DNA of 63,304 nucleotides, filler included, from Hausera hauseri (taxonomy: Eukaryota), in the NCBI GenBank assembly GCA_046269625.1. It is 12 parts of 12 records of this genome, joined end to end, with 100 filler letters (N's around TTAATTAATTAA, not from the genome) between each part and the next. Parts side by side here need not be neighbours in the genome. Positions count along the whole stretch, not along the records: positions 46,031 to 50,082 come from JBJURY010792646.1; positions 50,183 to 54,389 come from JBJURY010701105.1; positions 54,490 to 59,208 come from JBJURY010463022.1; 9 more parts are not named here. The stretch is one strand, 5' to 3'. Shown in pieces: positions 49,001 through 59,308 of the stretch. A program made the position numbers and the translations under genes. Position 1 is the first letter of the stretch. Each line of letters starts with the position of its first letter. The notes beneath the pieces are model-generated. The model saw nothing but the letters and a program-made list of their open reading frames with translations. It was not told the DNA's origin and did no database searches.

Positions 49001-50082
49001 TACCGGTTAAGTACAAAGACAAAATTCGATATGTTCAGCCAATAACTATAGTATTGTTGGCGCCACATACAATACCAACGGAAATTCAAAACTGTACAGC
49101 ACTGAACAAACCATTTATCAAATACGATAATCAAGACTTATGGGTCAGACTACCTGATAGAGATAGAGTAAAGGAATAACCAAAAAATTAATGATGATTA
49201 ATCTCAGACATTCCATCGAAACGAATATGTTTACTGACGTATCAAAGTTAGCATTGTATAGCAAAAAAGTGATTGATTTATTTGTAAAATTTTTGGCATA
49301 TCCCAGACAACGAGAGCAGGTAGTAAGCAGAAGAATACATAGACTAATCGATGATTCTGCTTGAGAAGGAAAATGGGATCGATTGTGGATGCCTGATGCT
49401 TATGCAAAAATAGTTTCAATCTTATGGCACAAAATGTGGGGTGGATTTCTAAAATTTAGACAAGTAGCTTCCGGATTTCTGGCTATTTACCTTATTCTGC
49501 AAAAATTGAAAGTTTGTATCAATTCAGTATTAAACGCTTACAAAATCTACAATCTGACGGGATTATCTTTGAGCATAATTGGTGCACTATTTTCTCCTGT
49601 TGCAAATTCATTAAAGCTTCCCATGAAAAGCAATGGGGAGGTAAATTAAAAAAACATGTGGGTTATAAGAATGGAAATCCGATATTAGAAGATACCTCCT
49701 CAAGTTCAGAGCATGTTGATGACTCACCTGGACATTACTCAAAACCTAATATTTCTAAGAAAAAGAACCGGAAAATCCGAAAATTTCCCACAATAAAGAA
49801 AACAAGACTAAAGAACAATCGTTTAGTACCATGCGCTCCGTATGAAAATAAAATACGTTCGATTGACGAACAAACAATTGACAAACTACCAAAGTTATCT
49901 GACCTTAATGATCAATACATAAAGCTACATAGCATTCCGAAATATTCACAAGAAGAAATACTTCAATATATTATTACTCAAAGTATGGAAAAGAATAGAG
50001 TATCACTACCAATTTCTCCAAAATTAAAAACACTGCCACCTATACCTTATCATCAAGTAAAATTAAATAAACCAACCAACGA
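46031..50082 (+). mobile_element. Divergent family B-like element: long unknown ORF (with UBL-like domain) - internally deleted glycoprotein - basic/Pro-rich tail
   Basis: FLQFILFVFILF..LGTVMAYHC..YSLMDLQSCPD; CRANFETLRNRLAIYASNPE; GRVLGEVLFTYKC...CYSKVPVKY...QPIT; WGGFLKFRQVASGFLAIYLIL. All are homologous to the 37300-39124 glycoprotein. Confidence 0.75.
48290..49640 (+). pseudogene. Chuvirus-like glycoprotein, mid-ectodomain deleted
   Basis: Same motifs as at 37300-39124, but the sequence jumps from the CCGH region to the RDDF region near 48620. Confidence 0.72.
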
Positions 50083-50182
50083 NNNNNNNNNNNNNNNNNN
50101 NNNNNNNNNNNNNNNNNNNNNNNNNNTTAATTAATTAANNNNNNNNNNNNNNNNNNNNNNNNNNNNNNNNNNNNNNNNNNNN

Positions 50183-50268
50183 GTTTATCGTCAAAGTTTC
50201 AGTTTACATAATCATCTGACGTTAGAATATGAGTAAAACAGGGGCGTATACTATCCCCCCTTTATCTT
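50183..50268 (+). repeat. ~85-bp direct repeat of 51068-51151
   Basis: GTTTATCGTCAAAGTTTCAG...CCCCCTTTATC occurs twice with small indels. Confidence 0.9.
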
Positions 50269-50329
50269 CTCCCTGGTAAGAAACTGAGTAATGACCCCAA
50301 AGGACGGAATTTTGTAGAAACTAAAACAC

Positions 50330-50640
50330 ATATTTGAGGGCTTGGACTTTGCAGATGATACATTCTCTCCGACACGGAGGAAAGAGATCCAATCCAATAG
50401 AAAAAGGAAATATTACAGAAAAAAAATCATACCTACCGGTCTACACATAAACAACCCAGAAAAAAGGAAAATAACGAAATATAGGATATACAATAAGCAT
50501 CCACCTGTCTGGATTGAGAACCACTGAAAGGTGTTTAGAAGTTAAATTGCTCTAGAAGTTGTATTAGTATAGTAGAATGCAGAGAGAAGGACATAAAAGC
50601 TAAAATTAATAAGGCTAAGCATGCCTTTAGCTCATGAGGA
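50330..50640 (+). mobile_element. Non-LTR retrotransposon (RTE-like) RT fragment
   Basis: LDFADD, GLHIN..K, EDIKAKINKAK.AF motifs across frameshifts. Confidence 0.65.
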
Positions 50641-50999
50641 AGGTAAAGAAATGTATATACGGTGTCACTGTTTCTCTTTCAATATCGCTTCTAAACGAGA
50701 TATCACTGCTCATACATTCTTACACACCATATGAGAATGTGTTTACTATGGCTGAAATGTCATAATCCGTATCATCACGTCACTGTGAGTGAAAGTACAT
50801 CATGGCCGATTAAGATAGACGTGACTGTGAAAGTATGACGGAAATGTGTTTGGATTTTGCTTTAAGATGGAAAGAGTGTGCTGGTTAACTGAGGTCTGGA
50901 ACACGAGCACCCAAAATATTAGACCTTATTCATAATCAACTCTTCCGGACAACCCTAGGTTCTCTACTTTCACCCTCTGGACAACAAGTCCTCCCTTGA

Positions 51000-53677
51000 A
51001 TCGTATGAGATACTCGTCTAACGCCGCTGTATTTCTACTATCTTCTGAAGTATCTTCTTACTGATAAGTTTATCGTCAAAGTTTCAGTTTACATAATCAT
51101 CTGACGTTAGAATATGAGTAAAACAGGGGCGTATTACTATCCCCCTTTATCCTGCCTTCAACTCCAGGCAGGCGACTTCTTTCGACAGGGTTAAACTTGT
51201 CCTCACCTTCCACCCCCACAGTACCTTGGTCAAGCGCATTCTCTTTCATCATTTCCCTCTTCTACTCTCTGACGCCTTCACTCGTAACTCACCTCTGACA
51301 ATAGCTTCTCTTTGCTTGATCTTTATAAATGTCGATGAAACACCTGTGCAGTACGATGGAGGTGAAGAAGATGAAGATGATTTACTGCACAGGTTAATGA
51401 GAGCTTTACTGCTCCTCAGATGACGCCTCATCGTCAGGTGCTAGGGGCGCTGGATCGTCGCGGGCAGCTTCGGATAGAGCTGGGGTAGCTGCAGGAGGCG
51501 GCGTAGAGGCAGCAGGAGGAGCTTCTGCAGAACGTTTTCGGCGCACAAGGAACATCGTGATGGGGAGTTGTGACCGTTGTTTTTTCTTCTGAGCAAAGAT
51601 GCCCTTGTACAACGCCATTACACCGTCAATACGGTTACTGAATTCTACGGCTCTGACCATGTTGTTGTCGATTTCTTGGGCCCTTTGTTGCAGAGTCCGT
51701 GCTATGTTGCAGAGCTCTTGCAGGTTTTCCAAGGTAAGGCCACGTTCTTCATCTTCGTTGTCGTCACCGTCGTCAGCTACCTCATCTTCTTCCGCCGATC
51801 TTGTCATTTCGACGAGTTCCTCGTCGGTTAGGGGGTTAGAGTGGCACTCGATCAGTGTGTTCACTTCTTCCGTCGTCATGTCGGAGAACCCTTCAGTGGC
51901 TACCAACCGAGCCAGCCTCACAGCCTTATCTACGGCGGAGTGGTGAACTTCGTCAGGCGTAAATCCCTCGTAGTCATGGGTGACGTTTTTTGGCCACAAT
52001 TTCCTCCAACTTGCAATCAGTGTCTGCTCTTTCATCTCATTAAGAGCATTCTGAATGTTGACCAGGCACGTTGCAATGTTGTATCCCCGCCAATAGTTCT
52101 TCAGGCTGAAGGCCACGTTGTCTTCGTCGATGGAGGAGATGAGGCCCTCCATCGTGGACCTCGTGTAGAGGGCCTTGAAGGCCCGAATGACCCCCTGATC
52201 CATGGGTTGTATAAGGGAAGTGGTGTTGGAGGGCAGGAACTCCACTTGGACCCCGTCATAATGGAGACTGGTTGCATGTCCTCCTGCACAGTCTATGAAG
52301 AGGACGACCTTAAAGGGCAGCCCCTTTTCAGCGAGGTACAGCTTCACCTGCGGGATAAAGCAGTTTACGAACCAGTCGAGTGTGAGGGCTTTTGTTATCC
52401 ATGCCTTTTTGTTGTGCATCCAGTAGACGGGCAGCAAGGCTTTGTTTTTGTTTTTCAAAGCCCGAGGATTCAGGGACTTGTAAATGAAGCCGGGCTTGAG
52501 CATGAAGCCCGCAGCATTCCCACACATGAGGAGAGTCACTCGATCTTTGTGGGCCTTGAACCCTGGCCTCTTCAATTCGTCCTTATAAAGGAACGTCCGG
52601 GACGGCATCCTCTTCCAGAAGAGGCCAGTCTCATCCATGTTAAAGACCTGCTCCGGGCGATAACCACCCTCATCAATTATCTTCGGAAACTCTTCCTCGA
52701 CGTAACGAAGAGCTGCCTCTTGGTCTGCCGAGGAGGCCTCCCCATACAAAGGAACGCTGCGAAGGCCAAATCTCCTCTTGAATTTCTCGAACCAGCCCTT
52801 GCTGACAACAAAACCACGTTTTTCTCGTGGGGTAGGATCACTCGAGGCACTGGTACTAGGCTGAGGTTCATTTTCGTCGTCGTCATCACCTTCGTCGTCT
52901 TCGTTCAACTCTCCTTCAGGAACGAGGCTATTATACAGGGCTTTGGCTTTAGTCCGAATCATATTGGTATCGAGACTAACCTTCTTTTCCCGACAGTCCG
53001 ATATCCACACTGATAAGGTATTCTCCATTTTCACAATTCGCTTATTACGAGAAGTCACAACTCGCTTAGTGTCCTTGGAGAACGATATCGAGGCAGTTTT
53101 ACGGATATTCACTTCATCTTTTTTTATATAGCGAACCGTCGATTCGTTCAATCCGTAATGGCGTGCAACAGACGCATAGCTATGGCCTGCCTTAAGCATG
53201 TCCAATAAATTAACTTTCTCGTTCACTGTCATCATTTTTCTCTTCTTCTTGGGTTCACTAGAGGATTTAGAGGGTGGAGGACGTTTAGGAGCCATTTTCA
53301 AGGGCGTCACAAGCACTATTTTGCACAAAAAGACACAAGAGAACAGCAAAAATTAGCACACCTCGAGACTAAGCATCACTCAAACATTGATTTGAATGAG
53401 CGCGGTCGTCTTCGCTGGGTATGAGAGCGAAGGTGGGGGAAACGTCTAGGCCAATCAGCTTGCGAGATTCCCGAGTCGGGAGGGATATCAAATGGCGGGA
53501 TGCTAGCCAGCCAATCAGAGACGTGGATTTTGAATTGTGTGGGCACTCCCTGCCTTCTGCTGGCGTGCGGGCAACTTTCGCGCCATAATTCCTCAATTTT
53601 GAATTTTTTATGAATATTTTTGAACAATCCGCGATGTACTGAAGCCGCGATAAATGAAATCCCGCGAGGGATGACTG
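51000..53677 (-). mobile_element. Tigger element; 5' TIR present, 3' TIR not seen
   Basis: TA|CAGTCATCCCTCGCG on the minus strand, ending at 53677. The 3' boundary is undefined. Confidence 0.75.
51406..53295 (-). CDS. Intact Tigger/pogo transposase (DD30D), 629 aa from MAPKR
   Basis: Uninterrupted ORF with Psq/CENP-B HTH, SKGWFEKF, NMDETGLFWK, FIDCAGGH, QPMDQG. Confidence 0.93.
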   Translation of the reverse strand: MAPKRPPPSKSSSEPKKKRKMMTVNEKVNLLDMLKAGHSYASVARHYGLNESTVRYIKKDEVNIRKTASISFSKDTKRVVTSRNKRIVKMENTLSVWISDCREKKVSLDTNMIRTKAKALYNSLVPEGELNEDDEGDDDDENEPQPSTSASSDPTPREKRGFVVSKGWFEKFKRRFGLRSVPLYGEASSADQEAALRYVEEEFPKIIDEGGYRPEQVFNMDETGLFWKRMPSRTFLYKDELKRPGFKAHKDRVTLLMCGNAAGFMLKPGFIYKSLNPRALKNKNKALLPVYWMHNKKAWITKALTLDWFVNCFIPQVKLYLAEKGLPFKVVLFIDCAGGHATSLHYDGVQVEFLPSNTTSLIQPMDQGVIRAFKALYTRSTMEGLISSIDEDNVAFSLKNYWRGYNIATCLVNIQNALNEMKEQTLIASWRKLWPKNVTHDYEGFTPDEVHHSAVDKAVRLARLVATEGFSDMTTEEVNTLIECHSNPLTDEELVEMTRSAEEDEVADDGDDNEDEERGLTLENLQELCNIARTLQQRAQEIDNNMVRAVEFSNRIDGVMALYKGIFAQKKKQRSQLPITMFLVRRKRSAEAPPAASTPPPAATPALSEAARDDPAPLAPDDEASSEEQ

Positions 53678-54489
53678 TATTTTAAATAGCAAATAAGTCC
53701 CAGTTATGAACCTAGAATTCTGTGACTTCTGTACTCCTGCTTTTCATTTATGATTTTGTCAAAATGTGGAGCTTTCTTGCCAACTGCAATCCACATGTCT
53801 TCCTCTGTATTCAGATGATACTTGGAATTTGTCTTGACTGGCAAGAGAAAGCTGAACCCACATTTACAATGCAGAGTGCTTTTTCTTCAAGTCTTCACAG
53901 AGTTTTAACTCAAAGTGACGACTGGGCCATGATAAGATATCACCATGCAGTGACCAGCCTCAGTTCTGTCTCTCCTTCCTTCATTTTCTAAATAAACTGA
54001 TTCTATTCAGGGTTACTCCTGTCATAAAATATGACATTTATATAAATTCTTTGAGTTTTATAACAGTAGTGGACATTGATGTGCATCAGCTGATGGAGCT
54101 TAAAAAGTTCAGGAGGTTATGATAGATTAGAACGCTACATAAACTCTCCTTTCCTGCTCCAAACACATGCAAAAATGTACATTGTGCATGTCTTTATGTT
54201 TGAATTTGGGTTTCTACTTCTTCTAAAAACAACCCAAGCACAGCAACTGAATTGTTTTTGCATTGAATTTTTTTTGTTTTATTTTGTATAAAATACAGTG
54301 TTGAAAATGACAAATTTTAAACAACACAGTGTTTAAAATGACAAAATACAGTGTTTAAAAAGCCGTTAAAAAAATCTGATTAATCGATTNNNNNNNNNNN
54401 NNNNNNNNNNNNNNNNNNNNNNNNNNNNNNNNNTTAATTAATTAANNNNNNNNNNNNNNNNNNNNNNNNNNNNNNNNNNNNNNNNNNNN

Positions 54490-55072
54490 TGCGTATAATG
54501 GTCGGAGTGTTGAAAGATATCCAGTAAGTTATGGATTGAGTTCTTTATAGAGTTTGGTAGAAGATACAGTAGATTATGGGCTTTGGATAACGAGTCTGTG
54601 ATACCGTTGGACCGTAGCCATAGTTGATGGAAGTGTAGCCAAGTTTTGCTAGAATTTTCGTTGTCTATAAAGTATTAGGTGCAACGTGAGGAAGTACTGA
54701 TAGGATTTTTGTGGGAAGAATTTGTATTGGTTGAAGTAGGTGGATGGCTTGGTTTGGGGTAGTAGAGAATGGACTTCGGTTTTGTGGTTGTCTTATCGGT
54801 GCTGTCACTAGTTGATGGAGAAGTCATGCCGCCACGGATTCTAAAATTGATATGTATACATAGATAGTTATTTGAGGCCATGATTTTGGGAGGTCGATTA
54901 AAATGCATCCGTTGAGGGTCGAGTAAAAATCATTATAGGCGATAGCTTTACGAATGAGGTCATGTAATTGTAATGTATCGATACGGTTTGTGGTATTTGT
55001 GGCATGTATGAATTTGTTATTAGCAAAAAGGTTGATGGGAAATGACGTTGATAAACAACAAGCTTGGTCATG
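54490..55072 (-). mobile_element. 5' part of family A copy 3: UBL leader + Gag start
   Basis: FPINLFANNKFI...NDFYSTLNG / CIHINFRIRGG|MTSPSTSD, then YFIDNENSSKTWLHFHQLWL homologous to copies 1 and 2. Confidence 0.85.
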
Positions 55073-56129
55073 TTGTATCTCATAGTTTATCTCGTGTTTT
55101 GTCACGACAAGTTTAATTCCGTCAGTGTACAGTTGCAGGTGTTGTAAGACCCACAGAGTTCCTTCTTACGATTTGTCCGATCACTTGTGCGTCAAGGAAC
55201 CTTTTGTAAGCGTCTGTACCTACCTCGGTGAATGGTGTGTCGTATGAGGAATCAGTATTGTGCGTGTAGAGTAGAAATTTATGAAAACCCAGTCTCACAG
55301 ACCAATCAGCTAGATAATGTTTATGAACAAAAGACTCACAAAAGGCATCGAGATGCCCCTCGGACAAGTCTGGGGACGTATCAAACAGATGAACACCAGT
55401 AATTAGTTGAATAGTGGTGCCGACAAGGCATTCCATTCTTTTGTCTCTGAACCTACTCGATCGTGTTTCATGTCGGAAAGAAATGTGCGACGGTGCAAAT
55501 GTACAATTGCTTATCTGGTCGTCACTCGTTTGACGTAATGTAGTAAATGTAATTGTGGTAAATGTGGACTTGTTCAGTAATCGACTTGACGTATATAACG
55601 AGAAATTCGCTACACATTTCCACGTGGAATAGCATTATCGCATTGTAAGATTGGTGTTTCATTATAATGTCTTCAAACGATTATTTCTGTTTCAAAGATG
55701 TTGACGTGTGTACGGATGTGGTGAGGACACTGATATTCTTCACGGATTTATTCGAAAAGTAACGATAATTCAGATAAAAACTACTATTGTGAACATACGA
55801 CAAAATAAGGCCTTGAATTCGAGGAATATGGGGACAAAGTAAAATTTCTATTGGCTTATATTGACCTTTTGGCATGCTACTTGTATTTTGATTCAGATGC
55901 ATTGGTTGCAATTGTGCTGCTCTCAGTTTTCAGATCCGATTTTGACACAACCACTTTAACACCATACAGCATATTCGGCCTATTTGTGTCATCAGTCAGA
56001 ACAATGTTATAGAAATCTGGACGTCCGTGTTGTTCTGATTCTACAGGTGCATCTCATTGGAAAGTCGAATGCTGTGCACCTCTACTAGACAAGTTTGCAT
56101 ATGAAGGAACATTAGGCACAAATAATTTG

Positions 56130-57752
56130 GTCTTTATCAGCAGTTGTTTTACGTTAACATACATTTGCCGATCGTCAAAAAGCAATTGCATATCACCTAG
56201 GGAATTCTGGTGATTTGATGTCGAGTAAATGGCCATGATTTTCTGCAATGTCTCTTCAGATTGTCGTTTGCAATTGAACCAAACTGAAAGATTAATTTGT
56301 ACAAGCCGACATTGATTTGGAGTAAGAGCAATGTCAGAAGTTGCAGATTCGTCATAAGTTTTGTAATTCATATACAATGACTTGTACAGATAGGATACAA
56401 GAGGATCACCTGAGCCGTACCTTATCGGTTCATCTAATGTTAGCTCGTACAATCAACCTTGTGAATTTTGCTGAAGCTTGTGCAAAGCACTTCCAGCTGT
56501 AATCAATGTGAAGTTTTTTCGAAATTCTTCAAACAGCTTTGTTGCTAAAGTTCTCCCAGTTCCCTTATATCCAGAAACCGTTGTCGAGACAAACACAAGA
56601 CCATAGCAATAACGAAGATACATGTTGATAATATGCAATGGAATGGCCGCTGCTTCATAAATACACGACAGATTACAGTCCAACGACTCTGTTTCCGATG
56701 GTTCAACATAACGAATAATTTGAGAAAATTTCTCTCGTTTTAATTCGAGTTTCGTTATGACTTTTGTCTTATTATCAAACTGTGATGTCGTGTTTTCGTA
56801 ATCAACGTGTTCCGAATATTCAAACGCCTTCCACTTCAATCCCAATTTCACAAACTGCCATGAAGTAATAATGTTTGTCGGACTTGGAAATGTTACACAA
56901 ATCCGCCCAACACCGATCTGAAGCGCAGCACATAATGCCATGCCCAATGGTGCGGATTTTCCGCGACCACGAGTAGCAGTAACGAGGACTGTTATGGGCT
57001 GTTGTAAACCGTTGTCGTTTACATTAACGTGATGAACAAATGGTCTTAACTCTCTGAATAGAGTACACAAACAATGGGCCTGATCATAAGTGGCACAGTG
57101 ATTTACTAGTGGGAAAAAAACAGAATCCGAGACCCTTAATTAATCCTTCAAACAACTCAAATCTTCCTTCTTCTTCGTATTTGTATGTTTTTATGATTTG
57201 TCGTTTTCTTCGAAACTTCCAATTCAAATTTATCATTTAATCAGAAGCAAAAATTTTCTTTTAAAAGCGACAATGTAAACCTACGTAAAAAATGTTTACC
57301 ACTTGACTTCACAAATGGCAATTTATGCAATGGGGGCGTTAAGAATATAACAATTCCTTCTCCAGAAACGGTTTCTATACAGCGTGCAATCGTATTCGGC
57401 GTAAGCAATTCATAATCTTCAAAAATACAAATATCGAACGTTTGTCCGAGAATATTTTGAGTTTCCTCATACAAACACCATTTTATGCTGCACGAACAAT
57501 TTTTCAGATATTTTTTTCGACATAATAACGCGTGTTTTTGGTCAGTTTTTTGCCAGTAGCTTCTTGCTTATGCTTTTTGTTATCCTTCACATAGCAATAA
57601 AGAATATTTTTTGGTCTTTGCTTTTCAATAAAGTTACAAACAACACCAAGACATTTTTGATTATTTTGACCGGTTAAATAAATCACGGTCCGGTAATGAA
57701 CTTTAATTGAAATTTTGATCCAATCAAATATTTGACTCTGAATAGTATTCAT
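56130..57752 (-). pseudogene. NAT10: Intronless degenerate N-terminal half of RNA cytidine acetyltransferase NAT10/Kre33
   Basis: YEETQNILGQTF.ICIFEDYELLTPNTIARCIETVSG; TATRGRGKSAPLG; EAAAIPL; GYKGTGRTL; LDEPIRYGSGDP; SEETLQKIMAIY.TS.HQNS..D.QLL.D. Stops and frameshifts, no introns recognised. Confidence 0.9.
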
Positions 57753-57774
57753 TAAAATTTGATTTGTACCAAAG

Positions 57775-58300
57775 GATTTGGAAACTGCATTTACAGCTCC
57801 AGTTTTTGGATACCGGTATTTCTCTATACCAAACCCACCGGTATATTCTGAAATGCATATTTCATTAACCATGCTTTCGTCGTATTCTTCGACCAAGTGA
57901 TAAAAATTTGTCTCTTCCTCTTTGGTTCTCCACCAATTACCAATAAATCGATTGAATTCTGCCTGTATAATAAAATGTGTAGAACCGGTTGCTGTATGTG
58001 GACCATTGAAAGGTAGCTGTTTCTCGTTATTATTAATAATATCGATGACAAAACGTTATTTTCTTTGACAAATGATAACAATCTCCAATTTAAAGGATTT
58101 CTTGAAAGCCCCGTAGCATATTCTATAACAAGAGTCTGCATTGAACAGTAATCACATATCCATTTTCCAGAGTACTGGAATAAAACCACCTGTCATAAGA
58201 AAAAGTCGGATTTTTACTTTCTGAATGGTAATGAAAAAATTTTACACCACATGCGCTACTTATTCTTTTATGGATTAATATTTCGGCCAAGGTTTTGGGT
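57775..58300 (-). pseudogene. DPP9: Intronless fragment of dipeptidyl peptidase DPP8/DPP9 beta-propeller
   Basis: GSTHFIIQAEFNRFIGNWW (alternate frame; DPP9 ATFVIQEEFDRFTGYWW), EEYDESMV, YRYPKTGAVN. Confidence 0.75.
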
Positions 58301-58559
58301 TTCTTTGTTACTTTAACTCTGATAATTTTAGCCCTGAAGATGTCAAAGACAGCTATGACGTACGGCGAATTCGCTTCATTGTCCGTATATTCATGATCAG
58401 TGACATTATAAATTTCCATGTAGACAGATCCCTTATGCCACAAATCCTTCTGACATGACGGTACAAGCGACACAGCGCATCTGAACACGATACAAATGAA
58501 TTTCAAAACGAAATTTGTCACAGTGACGACCCACAACGAATGCCGAACAGAACGGAGTC

Positions 58560-58793
58560 CATTTGATATATAAAACAAAAACAATTCCCTATATAATTTA
58601 TCCGATAAATAGATATAATACAACGAAATATGCGGCTGATGAGAAATATAACAATCCAAAATGTTTCGAAACGATATTTTATCATATTCGTTTTAAAAGA
58701 AATATCGGTAAAAGTAGAATCCGCTAGATGAAACAATAACAAAAAGGCCCCAGATACGATAATTCCGTCAAAATGATTAAACAGAACTTTCAA
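58560..58793 (-). pseudogene. Fragment of a voltage-sensor-like transmembrane domain (S3-S4)
   Basis: HFDGIIVSGAFLL (S3-like) followed by LISRIFRCIISIYR (Arg-spaced, S4-like). Confidence 0.4.
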
Positions 58794-58879
58794 AAGAATA
58801 ACAATACATCCAGAAGCGTTGGTGAATGTTTTAAAAGATGTTTGAAAGACAAATTATGATGATCATGGGACATAGAAAA

Positions 58880-59074
58880 TTCCACCAGAAATGGTCTCTG
58901 TTCGTAATGTAACGTAACTTTACACCAGTTAAAATAATAATTTTCGCACAAAATAAGCTTTTTCACATTGAAATTTACTAGTAGCTGAACACCATCCTTA
59001 ATATCGTCAAATTTAATGCTTCGTGCGGAGAAATTCTGATGAAGTTTAATTATGTTATAGTGCCTCAATGTCAA
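58880..59074 (-). pseudogene. Possible UHRF1 tandem-Tudor fragment
   Basis: SARSIKFDDIKDGVQLLVNFNV resembles UHRF ARTIIKW.DL.VG.VVM.NYN. The match is short and weak. Confidence 0.3.
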
Positions 59075-59308
59075 ATCAACAGTATCAATGATTCAGGAAA
59101 ATAACGATTCAGACCTTTTATAACTCAATCTAGGATTTTTAGCTACACCAAGAAGTTTACTAATCCACGAAATTTTCATCTTCAATTTTAATTGATGTTG
59201 GTAAATGCNNNNNNNNNNNNNNNNNNNNNNNNNNNNNNNNNNNNNNNNNNNNTTAATTAATTAANNNNNNNNNNNNNNNNNNNNNNNNNNNNNNNNNNNN
59301 NNNNNNNN

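Noticed and set aside
51841-53013. 390-aa plus-strand ORF
   Set aside because: It is the antisense shadow of the GC-rich Tigger transposase and has no recognisable motifs.
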